From a bacterium (lineage in GTDB: Bacteria; DYJV01; JALVYZ01), in assembly GCA_027037705.1 (NCBI GenBank), contig JALVYZ010000444.1, positions 1 through 14,173 on the forward strand: a stretch of 14,173 nt of DNA. Direction: 5' to 3'. Within the stretch, counting starts at the first letter, position 1. The number at the start of each line of letters is the position of its first letter. The notes under the pieces are model-generated. The model had not been told where the DNA came from. It worked only from the letters and a program-made list of their open reading frames with translations, and searched no databases. This document shows, in pieces, positions 1-9,305 of this stretch. The position numbers and the translations under genes are program-made.

Positions 1-1107
1 AATTTTATAAAAATTACCTACTTCAAGAACTGTATATGAGCCCCATGGTCTATATACTGTTACAGGTACATCAGGTAGTTCACTCCCTTTATCCTTTAAA
101 ATTTTAATAGCTTCTTTTACCTTTTGAGCACTTCCTCTTTTTGAAAGTAATAATGCATCAGGTGTATCTACAATTAGCATATCTTCAATATCAATTGCCA
201 CTATCTGTTTATTTTCTGAAATAAAAAGATTACTTTTAGAATTTAAATTTATAGGTTGATTGTTCAAAAAAGCGTTATTATTAGTATCTTTTGGAAGTTC
301 TTTGTATAAACTATCAAAGCTTCCCATATCTGACCAGCCAATATCACATGGGATAACAACTGCTTTATCAGTTTTTTCCATAACTGCATAGTCAATGCTA
401 TTTTCTGGAATTTCTATCATATCTTCTTTATTTATCCTATAAGAGTGTGAATTTATCTCTTTTTTATTTTTAAATGCTTTTACTGATTTATCAAAAATTT
501 CATTTTCATACTTTTTTAATTCTTCAAGAAATACTTTAACTTTAAAGCAAAACATGCCAGAATTCCAGTAGAAATTTCCTTTTTTTAGATATTCTTTTGC
601 AGTGTTTAAGTCAGGTTTTTCTCTAAATTTTACAACCTTATCCCCATTTGCTTCAATATATCCATATCCTGTTTCAGGATAATCAGGTTTTATCCCAAAG
701 GTTACTATATATCCATCTTCAGCATATTTTTTTGCTTTATTACAAGCTTTTTCGTATTCTTTTAAATTTTTAATTAGATGATCTGAGGGAGTTACAAAAA
801 CAATATCTTCATCATCTAATAGCAAACATGCAAGTGTTATTGCTGGTGCAGTATTTCTACCAATTGATTCAAGAAGATACTTTACATTATTATTAAAATC
901 TATCTCAGCAATTTGATCAACTGCTAAAAAATAATGTTGCTCATTTGAAACAATTATTTGTGAAGTTGTCAGAAGTGCATTTCTTTTTAATGTTTTTTGA
1001 AACAAAGATTCACCATCAAATAATTTAACAAATTGTTTTGGCAGCAATGTCCTACTTATTGGCCAGAGCCTTGTCCCACTTCCCCCACTTAAAACTATAT
1101 TAATCAT
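1..1107 (-). CDS. manC: Mannose-1-phosphate guanylyltransferase (GDP-mannose pyrophosphorylase) with C-terminal cupin/mannose-6-phosphate-isomerase-type domain. It is partial: the C-terminus runs off the left edge.
   Basis: My reverse-complement translation from ATG at 1107-1105 gives [26 protein letters not shown]... This is the GGxGTRLWPxS nucleotide-sugar pyrophosphorylase signature. Further in are GRNTAPAI and TPSDH motifs, then ...[19 protein letters not shown], a cupin-like motif, at the window edge. There is no stop inside the window, which is why it is absent from the ORF track. The start ATG overlaps the uvrB stop as ATGA. Confidence 0.8.
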   Translation of the reverse strand, partial: MINIVLSGGSGTRLWPISRTLLPKQFVKLFDGESLFQKTLKRNALLTTSQIIVSNEQHYFLAVDQIAEIDFNNNVKYLLESIGRNTAPAITLACLLLDDEDIVFVTPSDHLIKNLKEYEKACNKAKKYAEDGYIVTFGIKPDYPETGYGYIEANGDKVVKFREKPDLNTAKEYLKKGNFYWNSGMFCFKVKVFLEELKKYENEIFDKSVKAFKNKKEINSHSYRINKEDMIEIPENSIDYAVMEKTDKAVVIPCDIGWSDMGSFDSLYKELPKDTNNNAFLNNQPINLNSKSNLFISENKQIVAIDIEDMLIVDTPDALLLSKRGSAQKVKEAIKILKDKGSELPDVPVTVYRPWGSYTVLEVGNFYKI

Positions 1108-3086
1108 AGCATACTCCTTAAAATAATTATTTTATCCCTGATTTCTGCAGCTTTTTCAAATTCAAGGTGTTTTGCATATTCTTTCATCTTTTTTTCAAGT
1201 TTTTTTATCATTTCAGGGATTTTTCTTTTATCAACAAGTTTGAAGTCTTCTTGTTCTTCTTCTATTTTTGGAACTGTAAAATAATCCATCATATAAAGAG
1301 TTGCCATATCATCTTTTATACTCTTTTTAATAGTTTCTGGTGTTATATTATATTTTTTGTTATATTCCAACTGTTTTTTTCTTCTTCTTGTAGTTTCTTT
1401 AACTGCTTCTCCAATAGATTTTGTCATTATATCTGCATATAGTATGGCTTTTCCATTAATATTTCTTGCAGCCCTTCCAATTGTTTGAATCAAAGAAGTT
1501 TTACTTCTTAAGAATCCTTCTTTATCTGCATCTAAAATAGCAACAAGAGAAACTTCTGGAATATCAAGTCCTTCTCTTAAAAGATTTATTCCTACAAGTA
1601 CATCATAAGTCCCTTTTCGTAGTTCTTTTATAATTTCTATTCTTTCAAGTGTATCTATTTCAGAATGCAGATAAATTGATTTTATTCCAAGTTCTTTTAA
1701 ATAATCTGATAGATTTTCAGCCATTCTTTTTGTAAGAGTTGTTATAAGCACCCTCTCCTTTCTTTCAATAACTTTATTTATTTCACCAATTAAATCATCA
1801 ACCTGATTCTTTGCTGGTTTTACAACAATTTCTGGATCTACAAGTCCTGTTGGTCTAATTATCTGTTCAACAATTTCATTGTTACATTTTTCAAGTTCAT
1901 AGTCAGCTGGTGTAGCAGATACAAAAATTATTTGATTGATATGAGTTTCAAACTCTTCAAATTTTAATGGCCTGTTATCAAGTGCTGAAGGAAGTCTAAA
2001 ACCATATTCAACAAGAGTTTCTTTCCTTGACCTGTCTCCTCTATACATTCCTTTTAATTGTGGTATTGTAACATGACTTTCATCAATAACTATTAAAAAA
2101 TCTTTTGGAAAATAATCTAAAAGAGTTGGTGGAGGTTCACCTGGTGCTCTTCCTGTTAAGTATCTTGAATAATTTTCAATCCCTTTACAATAACCAAGTT
2201 CTTCTAAAAATTCTAAATCATAGTTTGTTCTTTGTTGCAATCTCTGTGCTTCTAATAATTTATTTTTTGATAAAAAATATTTTACTCTCTCTTCAAGTTC
2301 TTTTCTAATCTCTTTTACAGCCCATTTTAATCTCTCTTGAGGTGCAATATAATGAGTTGCTGGATAGATGGTTATTTTCCCAAGATTTCTAATTGTTTTT
2401 CCTGATACTACATCAAACTCTTTAATTTCTTCAACAATATCTCCAAATAATGATACTCTTATTGCTTTTTCTTCTTCATGAGCTGGAAATATTTCAATTA
2501 TATCTCCTTTTACTCTAAATGTTCCTCTATGAAAATCAATATCATTTCTTTCATAATGAATCTCCACAAGTTTTTCTAAAATAAAATCTCTATTAATTTC
2601 TTTTTCAACTTCAAGATAAAGAATCATGTTGTAGTAAGCTTCTGGAGAGCCTAAACCATATATACATGAAACACTTGCAACAATTATGACATCATTTCTT
2701 TCAAGTAATGAATAAGTTGCTCTATGTCTTAATTTATCGATTGTCTCATTAATTGAAGAATCTTTTTCAATGTAAATGTCTGTTTCTGGTAGATATGCTT
2801 CAGGTTGATAATAGTCATAATAACTGACAAAATACTCAACTGCATTTTCAGGAAAAAATTCTCTGAATTCTTCATAAAGTTGTGCTGCTAAAGTTTTGTT
2901 ATGAGTTATAATTAGAGTTGGTTTATTTATTTTTTCTATAACATTTGCAATTGTAAATGTTTTCCCAGAGCCAGTAACACCAAGCAAAGTTTGGAATTTT
3001 TTACCTGACTTTAACCCATTTACAAGTTTTTTAATTGCTTGTGGTTGATCCCCTTTTGGGTGAAAGTTACTTTTTAGTTTAAACAT
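1104..3086 (-). CDS. uvrB: Excinuclease ABC subunit B (UvrB)
   Basis: 660 aa. N-terminal GDQPQAI...[10 protein letters not shown] (Walker A), a DESH box (VIDESHVT), helicase C-terminal motifs (QTIGRAARN), and a C-terminal UVR domain ([29 protein letters not shown]). Length is typical for UvrB. Confidence 0.95.
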   Translation of the reverse strand: MFKLKSNFHPKGDQPQAIKKLVNGLKSGKKFQTLLGVTGSGKTFTIANVIEKINKPTLIITHNKTLAAQLYEEFREFFPENAVEYFVSYYDYYQPEAYLPETDIYIEKDSSINETIDKLRHRATYSLLERNDVIIVASVSCIYGLGSPEAYYNMILYLEVEKEINRDFILEKLVEIHYERNDIDFHRGTFRVKGDIIEIFPAHEEEKAIRVSLFGDIVEEIKEFDVVSGKTIRNLGKITIYPATHYIAPQERLKWAVKEIRKELEERVKYFLSKNKLLEAQRLQQRTNYDLEFLEELGYCKGIENYSRYLTGRAPGEPPPTLLDYFPKDFLIVIDESHVTIPQLKGMYRGDRSRKETLVEYGFRLPSALDNRPLKFEEFETHINQIIFVSATPADYELEKCNNEIVEQIIRPTGLVDPEIVVKPAKNQVDDLIGEINKVIERKERVLITTLTKRMAENLSDYLKELGIKSIYLHSEIDTLERIEIIKELRKGTYDVLVGINLLREGLDIPEVSLVAILDADKEGFLRSKTSLIQTIGRAARNINGKAILYADIMTKSIGEAVKETTRRRKKQLEYNKKYNITPETIKKSIKDDMATLYMMDYFTVPKIEEEQEDFKLVDKRKIPEMIKKLEKKMKEYAKHLEFEKAAEIRDKIIILRSML

Positions 3087-3109
3087 TTCATTCTATTTGT
3101 GAATTTATT

Positions 3110-4126
3110 TTAAATTATTAACATACAGTCACCATAAGAAAAGAATCTGTATTTTTTTTTAATTGCTTCATTGTAACATTTCAAAATGTTTTCTCTACCA
3201 GCAAAAGCACTTACAAGCATTAATAATGTTGATTTGGGTAAATGGAAATTTGTAAGTAATTTGTCAATAACATTAAATTTAAAGCTTGGATAAATAAATA
3301 AATTTGTGAAATATTTTCCTGAAGTTATTTTATTAAATTTTAAATAGTTATCTTCAAGTGTTCTTACAACTGTTGTGCCCACTGCAAGAATTTTTTTTCC
3401 TATATGTTTTGCATGATTTATTAATTCTGCACTCTTTTCTGAAATTTCATAATCTTCATAATGCATTTTATGTTCTAAAATATTTTCAACTCTCACAGGA
3501 TGAAAAGTTGCATAACTTACATACAGGGTCACATAACATATTTCAACACCTTTATTTTTTAATTTTTTTATAATTTCATTAGTAAAATGTAGACCAGCAG
3601 TAGGAGCAGCAATTGCTCCTTTAAATTTTTCATCTGCAAAAACAGTTTGATATCTTGCAAAATCTATATTTTCACTCTCTCTTTTAATATATGGAGGTAG
3701 TGGCATTTTTCCAAATTTTTCAATCTGAAAATTTTCTGTAAATTTTACAGCATATTTTCCATTTAAATCCTCAACTATTTCACAAAAAATATTATTAGAA
3801 ATAATTAACTTATCATTTATTTTAGGTTTTTTACTTGCTTTAACAAATGCTTCCCATAAGTTATCATTTAATTTTCTAATAAGTAATATCTCTACTTTCC
3901 CACCTGTTTCCTTTTTAGCAAATACCCTTGCAGGAATAACTTTTACATTGTTAGCAACAATTAATTCATCCCCTTCTAAAAAATCTATTATATTTTTAAA
4001 ATATGAATGGATAATTTTATCTTGATTTTTGTAATATACAAGCATTCTTGATTCATCTCTTTTTTGAGATGGATATTTTGCAATTAATTCTTTCGGAAGA
4101 GAGTAATCAAATAAGGAGATATGCAT
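3110..4126 (-). CDS. queA: S-adenosylmethionine:tRNA ribosyltransferase-isomerase (queuosine biosynthesis)
   Basis: 338 aa. The N-terminus LFDYSLPKELIAKYPSQKRDESRMLV matches the conserved QueA start (F-Y-LP-ELIAQ-P...R-SRLLV). Length is typical. The start ATG overlaps the upstream gene's stop as TAATG. Confidence 0.9.
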   Translation of the reverse strand: MHISLFDYSLPKELIAKYPSQKRDESRMLVYYKNQDKIIHSYFKNIIDFLEGDELIVANNVKVIPARVFAKKETGGKVEILLIRKLNDNLWEAFVKASKKPKINDKLIISNNIFCEIVEDLNGKYAVKFTENFQIEKFGKMPLPPYIKRESENIDFARYQTVFADEKFKGAIAAPTAGLHFTNEIIKKLKNKGVEICYVTLYVSYATFHPVRVENILEHKMHYEDYEISEKSAELINHAKHIGKKILAVGTTVVRTLEDNYLKFNKITSGKYFTNLFIYPSFKFNVIDKLLTNFHLPKSTLLMLVSAFAGRENILKCYNEAIKKKYRFFSYGDCMLII

Positions 4127-5046
4127 TAATGATTTAATATTTTGTCAACTATTTGAGATGCTTTGTTTGCTTTTTCTGGATTTTTAAGTCCATCAACTAT
4201 AATTCTTATTGCTTCAAGTTTCATTGCATTTTCGCCACCAGGATTTGATAAAATTTTAATTTCTTCCTGAAGTCTTTTTTTCTGTGCTTCCCAGTAAATA
4301 TTTTGTTGTTCTATTTTCTTTTTTGCGATTTGTTTTTCCATTTCAGCTTTTTTTAATAAAAAATTTAATTTCTCAAGTTTAATTTTATTTAATGCTTGCT
4401 CTTCTTTTAACTTTTTTTCAGCTTCAATTTTTAATTTTTCAAGTTCAAGTTTATTTGCTTTAAGTTTTGCAAAAATTTCTTGTTTTTCAGGAGAAAATTT
4501 TATTTTTAAAAGATTTAGTTTTGTTAATTGTAATCCAAAAAATTTTAAATTATCATTCACCAACTCTTTTATTTTATTAGTAAATTGTTTATTAAAATCA
4601 TCTTTTATCATATCAGAAATTGAAAATTTTAAAAAAGCATCATCAACTGCACTTTTAATATAAACATTTAATATTTTATCAATCTCTTTAGAATTTGAAT
4701 TTTCAAGAAATTTGTCAATTTTGGTTTTATCAATTGAATAAACTAATTCTATATCAAACTCAGTTCCATCAAAAGCTTTTATATGAAGTTTTTTATATTC
4801 TGGTTTTATTTTAATTTTATAAACTTTATTTATTCCAGGAATCAACCCGCTTAAAAAATAGTAATATTTTCCAGGAGATAAAATTTTACCTGTAAACCCT
4901 TTATCCTTGCCATAAACTTTATATACTACTCCATATTCTCCTGGATTGATTTCTGGAGAAAAATAATAAATTGCAGCAACTATGCCGCCTGCAATTATTA
5001 CGATAAATAATAAAGAAAAAAAAGTTTTAAGTATTGATTTTAACAT
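4126..5046 (-). CDS. SPFH/band-7 (prohibitin/flotillin-like) membrane protein with a long C-terminal coiled-coil. Function unknown.
   Basis: 306 aa. N-terminal TM helix (FFSLLFIVIIAGGIVAAIYYF), then PGEYGVVYKVYG...GKYYYFLSGLIPGINKVYKIKIKP, which resembles the SPFH core (PGxxGVVxRFG...GLHFxIPxIxxVxKVD). After that is a roughly 150-aa K/E-rich heptad-like region (KLELEKLKIEAEKKLKEEQALNKIKLEKL...). The stop overlaps the queA start and the start overlaps the pnp stop. Confidence 0.6.
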   Translation of the reverse strand: MLKSILKTFFSLLFIVIIAGGIVAAIYYFSPEINPGEYGVVYKVYGKDKGFTGKILSPGKYYYFLSGLIPGINKVYKIKIKPEYKKLHIKAFDGTEFDIELVYSIDKTKIDKFLENSNSKEIDKILNVYIKSAVDDAFLKFSISDMIKDDFNKQFTNKIKELVNDNLKFFGLQLTKLNLLKIKFSPEKQEIFAKLKANKLELEKLKIEAEKKLKEEQALNKIKLEKLNFLLKKAEMEKQIAKKKIEQQNIYWEAQKKRLQEEIKILSNPGGENAMKLEAIRIIVDGLKNPEKANKASQIVDKILNH

Positions 5047-7103
5047 TGTTCTCCATATACAGCAGCTTTTCTACTTACTTTAACTTTACCATCAGGTTCA
5101 ATTTTAATAACTTTGACTAATACTTCATCACCAACATTAAAATATTCACCTATATTTTTTATTCTCTTATTATCAATCTCTGAAATATGTAACAATCCAG
5201 TAACTCCTGGAATTAATTCAACAATTGCTCCAAAATCTAAAATTTTAATGATTTTACCAGTTAATATTTCTCCTTCTTTAACTTCTCTTGTATAATCAAA
5301 TATTAATTCTTTTGCTTTGTCTAAATTTGCAACTGATTTTGAATAAACTCTTATAATCCCATCTTGTTCAATATCAATCTTTACACCAGTTTCATCAATA
5401 ATTGATTTAATATGTTTTCCAGAAGGACCTATTAAATTAGGGATCTTATCAGGGTTAACCTGCAAAGTCACAACTCTTGGTGCATAAGGCGATATTTCCT
5501 TTCTTGGTTCTTTAATTGTTTCTTTCATTTTTTCTAAAATATGCAATCTACCTTCTTTTGCCTGTTCAAGAGCTTTTTCTAAAATTTCAAACTCAAGGCC
5601 TTCAATTTTTATATCCATTTGAACCGCTGTAACTCCATTTTCAGTTCCTGCAACTTTAAAATCCATATCTCCAAGATGATCTTCATCTCCAAGAATATCA
5701 GATAATACTATATATTTATCTCCTTCCTGAATTAATCCCATAGCAATACCAGCAACATGAGATTTTACTGGAACTCCTGCATCCATTAATGCTAATGATC
5801 CTCCACAAACTGTTGCCATTGAAGAAGAACCATTTGATTCCAAAATTTCTGATACAACTCTTATTGTATATGGAAATTTTTCTTCTGAAGGAATAACTTT
5901 GCTTAGTGCTCTTTCAGCTAAATATCCATGCCCAATCTCTCTTCTGCCAGGTGCTCTTAAAAAGCCGACTTCCCCAACAGAAAAAGGTGGAAAATTGTAA
6001 TGCACCATAAATCTTTTGGTTTCTTCACCTACCAGAGAATCAACAATTTGTTCATCTTCTCCGCTACCTAAAGTAACAGTAACAAAAGCCTGAGTCTCTC
6101 CTCTTGTGAATAAACCAGAACCATGGTTTCTTTTAAAAATTCCAACTTTACAATCAATTGGTCTTATATCTTTAACTCCTCGTCCATCAATTCTTTTGCC
6201 TTCTTTTATAATGAATTCTCTAATTCTATGATCTACAATTTCTTTAAAAATTTGAGAGATATCTTCTTCATAATTTTCTTGGATTTCTTTTTTTAATTTT
6301 TTTAATGCATTTCTTCTTGCTAATTTTTCTTTTATAAAAATTAATTCATCAATTTTTGATAAATATTTTTCTTTTATTTCATTGTATAATTCTTGATTTA
6401 ATTCCTGTGGAGTAAAATCTATTTTAGGTTTTGCGCATCTTTCTATTAATTCCTTTTGAAGTTTTATTATTTCTTTAATCTTTTCATGCGCTAATTTTAA
6501 AGCTTCTACTACTTTTTTCTCAGAGACTTCATTAGCCTCACCTTCAACCATTGTAATAGCATCTTCTCTTCCAGCAACAACAAAATTTAAATCAGCTTTT
6601 TCTTCATCTTCCATAGAGGGATTAATTACAAAATCATTACCAAACATACAAACTCTAACAGCTCCAACAGGTCCATCAAATGGAATTTCAGAAATACATA
6701 AAGCAAGTGATGCTCCATTTAAAGCTACTATATCAGGGTTGTTATCATCTTCCATTGCAAGAACTGTTGCTATGACCTGAACCTCATTTTTAAATCCATC
6801 AGGAAAAAGGGGTCTAATTGACCTATCTATTAATCTTGAAACAAGTGTTTCATGATCAGAAGCTTTGCCTTCTCTTTTAATAAAACCTCCTGGAATTTTT
6901 CCAGCAGCAAAAGCTTTTTCTAAATAATTAACAGTTAATGGAAAAAAATCTAAATCTTCTTTAGTTTCTTCATTAAAAACTGCTGTTACTAAAACTGCTG
7001 TGTCTCCACATTTTGCTAAAATTGAGCCATTTGCCTGTTTTGCTAAATATCCTGTTTGAAATTCAAATAGTTTACCGTCTATAAGACCTTTAACTTCTTC
7101 CAT
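5040..7103 (-). CDS. pnp: Polyribonucleotide nucleotidyltransferase (PNPase)
   Basis: 687 aa. Two RNase PH-like halves, a KH domain (IPNLIGPSGKHIKSIIDETGVKIDI), and a C-terminal S1 domain (GEILTGKIIKILDFGAIVELIPGVTGLLHISEI). It sits immediately downstream of rpsO in the classic rpsO-pnp arrangement. AGGTGA sits shortly before the ATG. Confidence 0.95.
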   Translation of the reverse strand: MEEVKGLIDGKLFEFQTGYLAKQANGSILAKCGDTAVLVTAVFNEETKEDLDFFPLTVNYLEKAFAAGKIPGGFIKREGKASDHETLVSRLIDRSIRPLFPDGFKNEVQVIATVLAMEDDNNPDIVALNGASLALCISEIPFDGPVGAVRVCMFGNDFVINPSMEDEEKADLNFVVAGREDAITMVEGEANEVSEKKVVEALKLAHEKIKEIIKLQKELIERCAKPKIDFTPQELNQELYNEIKEKYLSKIDELIFIKEKLARRNALKKLKKEIQENYEEDISQIFKEIVDHRIREFIIKEGKRIDGRGVKDIRPIDCKVGIFKRNHGSGLFTRGETQAFVTVTLGSGEDEQIVDSLVGEETKRFMVHYNFPPFSVGEVGFLRAPGRREIGHGYLAERALSKVIPSEEKFPYTIRVVSEILESNGSSSMATVCGGSLALMDAGVPVKSHVAGIAMGLIQEGDKYIVLSDILGDEDHLGDMDFKVAGTENGVTAVQMDIKIEGLEFEILEKALEQAKEGRLHILEKMKETIKEPRKEISPYAPRVVTLQVNPDKIPNLIGPSGKHIKSIIDETGVKIDIEQDGIIRVYSKSVANLDKAKELIFDYTREVKEGEILTGKIIKILDFGAIVELIPGVTGLLHISEIDNKRIKNIGEYFNVGDEVLVKVIKIEPDGKVKVSRKAAVYGEQC

Positions 7104-7113
7104 TGTTCACCTG

Positions 7114-7383
7114 TTATTTTCTTAGGTTCAATTCTTTAATAATATTTTTATATCTTTCAACATCAATTCTTTTAAGATAATCTAAAAGTCTTCTTCTTTT
7201 TCCAACTAACATTAACAATCCTCTTCTTGAATGATAATCATGTTTGTGAACTTTAAAATGTTCAGTTAAATTTTTAATTCTTTCTGTTAAAATAGCAATT
7301 TGGACTTCAGGTGAACCTGTGTCTGAATCATGTCTTTTGAATTTTTCAATAAGTTTTCTCTTTGTTTCTGCATCAATTGACAC
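7114..7383 (-). CDS. rpsO: 30S ribosomal protein S15
   Basis: 89 aa. Sequence ...[48 protein letters not shown] is characteristic of S15. The start is GTG (the track shows M), with an AGGAGG SD 7 nt upstream. Confidence 0.93.
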   Translation of the reverse strand: MSIDAETKRKLIEKFKRHDSDTGSPEVQIAILTERIKNLTEHFKVHKHDYHSRRGLLMLVGKRRRLLDYLKRIDVERYKNIIKELNLRK

Positions 7384-7438
7384 TTCTTTTCCTCCTTAAT
7401 TTTAGTTTGTGGCTAATTAGCACTATTTTAAAAAAAAA

Positions 7439-8071
7439 TCAACTAAAATAATTATCTGCAATTTCTGTTACTTTTTTTAATTCATTTTCTATTAAATTTT
7501 TATTTTTTTCAAAATCTTCATTTTTATCAATATAAATTGGACTCCCTGCAACATATACAATTTCATTAAAAGGATATGGAAAAATAAAGTTGTCCCAAGA
7601 GTTTAATATTAGCTTTTTTTTTACATTATATGCCAGTGGAATGACAGGGTAACCTGTTAATTTAGCTAAAAACACCACTCCGTTTTGTAATTTATATTTT
7701 GGACCTCTTGGCCCATCTGGTGTAATACATACATCATAATTTTCAATTTCTTTTAATAATCCTTTTAATGCCTTAATTGAGCCTCTTCTTGATGAGCCTC
7801 TAACAGTATAAAGACCTTTGTATTTTAAAATAATTCTTGTAATAATTTCTCCATCTGAATGTTCGCTTATTAATATTTTTGCTCCTTTTCCTTTGTATAA
7901 TTTAGGCATTAAACCTAACCTATTGTGCCAGAATATATTTATTGTTTTAACCTTTTCATCTTCCCACATATTGAAAATATTATCAAAATTAATATAATTT
8001 TTTTTTGAAGTTTTAAATACAAAATCTATATAATTTTTACCTAAAAAACTTAAAAAGTCTATTTTATCCAC
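7439..8071 (-). CDS. DUF374-family protein (lysophospholipid-acyltransferase-like). Members are often associated with Kdo/lipid A genes.
   Basis: 210 aa containing FWHNRLGL, SEHSDGE, RGSSRRGSIKALKGL and the ITPDGPRGP motif that I recognise as the hallmark of DUF374. The start codon is GTG with no convincing SD, so the exact start is uncertain. Confidence 0.65.
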   Translation of the reverse strand: MDKIDFLSFLGKNYIDFVFKTSKKNYINFDNIFNMWEDEKVKTINIFWHNRLGLMPKLYKGKGAKILISEHSDGEIITRIILKYKGLYTVRGSSRRGSIKALKGLLKEIENYDVCITPDGPRGPKYKLQNGVVFLAKLTGYPVIPLAYNVKKKLILNSWDNFIFPYPFNEIVYVAGSPIYIDKNEDFEKNKNLIENELKKVTEIADNYFS

Positions 8072-8128
8072 AATTAAAAAATTACCATAATTACTTTATT
8101 TGCACAATATTTTTTGATAAAAAAAAGT
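8072..8128. promoter_or_regulatory. Divergent intergenic region likely carrying promoters for the DUF374 gene (minus) and the GGCT-like gene (plus).
   Basis: 57-nt AT-rich spacer between divergently oriented genes (caattaaaaaattaccataattactttatttgcacaatattttttgataaaaaaaag). I can see TATAAT-like hexamers, but cannot place -35/-10 pairs confidently. Confidence 0.3.
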
Positions 8129-8512
8129 ATGGTTAATTTTTTGTTCGCTTATGGAACTTTAAAAAGAAATTACAATAATCACTTTTTTTTAAAAGATTGT
8201 AATTTCATTGGAATTGGATATACAATTAAAAAGTTTAGAATGTTTAATAAAGGTTATCCATATGTTGTTTTTGATAAAAATGGTTACTTAATTAAAGGAG
8301 AAGTATATGAAATTAAAGATGAAAAAATATGGAAAAAGATAGATGACTTAGAGGATTATCCAGATGAGTACGACAAAACAATTATAGATATAAGATTGGA
8401 TGATAAAATAGTAAAAGCATTTTTATACTATTACAAACAAATAAAAGAAGGTATTGAATTAAAGAATGTAAAATATAATTGTTCTTTAAAGATTTACTAT
8501 CTTGAGTATTAA
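8129..8512 (+). CDS. Gamma-glutamyl cyclotransferase-fold protein (GGCT/AIG2/YtfP-like)
   Basis: N-terminal FAYGTLKRNYNNHFFL matches the YGTLKRG signature of the AIG2/GGCT fold. GEVYEI is a candidate catalytic-Glu motif. Length of about 127 aa is typical. The ORF track begins at a TTG at 8114 (MIKKS...), but ATG at 8129 (MVNFLFAYGTLKR) is the more probable start. It is the only plus-strand gene in the window. Confidence 0.7.
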   Translation: MVNFLFAYGTLKRNYNNHFFLKDCNFIGIGYTIKKFRMFNKGYPYVVFDKNGYLIKGEVYEIKDEKIWKKIDDLEDYPDEYDKTIIDIRLDDKIVKAFLYYYKQIKEGIELKNVKYNCSLKIYYLEY

Positions 8513-8627
8513 AAAATTGTAATTCTTATAAGTTTCAAATAATATTAACCATAAATTTTTACAAAATATTACTACTAAGTTTAATGCTGGATGTTGGACT
8601 TAAATTAAAAATTTACAATTTAAAATT

Positions 8628-9272
8628 TTAATTGAGATTTTTATATTTTACAGTGACTGTATGATCACATTGTCCTATTTTTTGATGACCTGTTATTACA
8701 AATGCAGTATAAGAACCGTCTTTATTTTTATTAATATATGTGTGATTTAATAGAACTGGTTCACAATAATACCCTAAATTGTAATTATTAAGATCATTAT
8801 AAGGAAATCCAGTTGCAGGAATATCAGAAGTAGTAACATTAGATATTGATTTTTGACCAATATCAACATAATTTCCGCATAAACCTACAGAATTAACACA
8901 CCATGGTTCAACACTAATATCAGCACTTTCATCAACAGAAAAATTATTAAATTTATTCCCAGTATTAAAATCAATTGCAGAATTTGATGTTGTATCAAGA
9001 GTATCTTCTACAACATTTCCAGGATTTGAAGAATTTTCAAAGCCTGCATCAGTAACAATAAAACTTAATGTATATAAATCAAATCTAAATTTAGCCCAGA
9101 GTTTGTAAGTTACTCCATTAGCATAGTCATTATATATAATGTTATGAAGAACTATTTCAAGGTCATTATCAGTTCCAACACCTGTTGATTTAAAACTTAC
9201 TAATGGTCCATCAGCTAAAAGAATTGTGCTTAAAAAAATAAAAATAATTGGCATTAAAAAAAATTTTTTCAT
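8628..9272 (-). CDS. Secreted hypothetical protein with a Sec signal peptide and four Cys. No family recognised.
   Basis: 214 aa. MKKFFLMPIIFIFLSTILLA followed by DGP is a typical signal peptide with an AxA-like cleavage site. The mature part is rich in N/S/T/D/G/V and poor in K/E, unlike the neighbouring proteins. Four cysteines (WCVNSVGLCGNY, YYCEP, GQCDH) suggest two disulfides. There is a strong AAGGAGGG SD 6 nt upstream. It lies 33 nt downstream of tRNA-Leu. Confidence 0.75.
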   Translation of the reverse strand: MKKFFLMPIIFIFLSTILLADGPLVSFKSTGVGTDNDLEIVLHNIIYNDYANGVTYKLWAKFRFDLYTLSFIVTDAGFENSSNPGNVVEDTLDTTSNSAIDFNTGNKFNNFSVDESADISVEPWCVNSVGLCGNYVDIGQKSISNVTTSDIPATGFPYNDLNNYNLGYYCEPVLLNHTYINKNKDGSYTAFVITGHQKIGQCDHTVTVKYKNLN

Positions 9273-9305
9273 GATTTGCCCTCCTTTTTTGAAAATATTT
9301 TAATA

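Noticed and set aside
1167-1442. 91-aa plus-strand ORF antisense to uvrB. Similar antisense ORFs are at 2105-2308, 3358-3573, 5113-5295 and 11883-12068.
   Set aside because: All are Phe/Leu/Ile-rich products created by reading the complement of Lys/Glu-rich (AAA/GAA) codons. They are fully embedded in well-supported genes and have no SD, so they are spurious.
4111-4135. Plus-strand AAGGAGAT-ATG-CAT-TAA (SD plus a 2-codon mini-ORF) at the queA/SPFH junction
   Set aside because: It lies on the strand opposite all flanking genes, inside a coding junction, and encodes only Met-His. This is a coincidental SD-like string in the complement of the queA start region.
7384-7438. Near-palindrome GTGGCTAATTAGCAC in the rpsO leader as a possible S15 autoregulatory structure
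   Set aside because: It is only a 3-4 bp imperfect stem and the leader is very short at 55 nt or less. That is insufficient to support an S15-binding pseudoknot or three-way junction. More likely it is part of the promoter.
8114-8128. TTG start giving the extension MIKKS before the GGCT-like protein
   Set aside because: The GGCT/AIG2 family normally begins immediately at the ...LFVYGTLKRG motif. The in-frame ATG at 8129 gives exactly that. TTG with no SD is a less likely start.
8581-8590. Exact 10-mer TTAATGCTGG shared between 8581-8590 and 13247-13256
   Set aside because: In a 14-kb AT-rich window, dozens of 10-mer coincidences are expected by chance, and there is no extended similarity around them.
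8072-9305. Possible integrated islet at the tRNA-Leu 3' end. I looked for a direct repeat of the tRNA 3' end (att-like) and for an integrase.
   Set aside because: I could find no copy of the tRNA 3'-terminal sequence in 8072-9305 and no recombinase gene. The segment may still be accessory, but there is no mobile-element signature.
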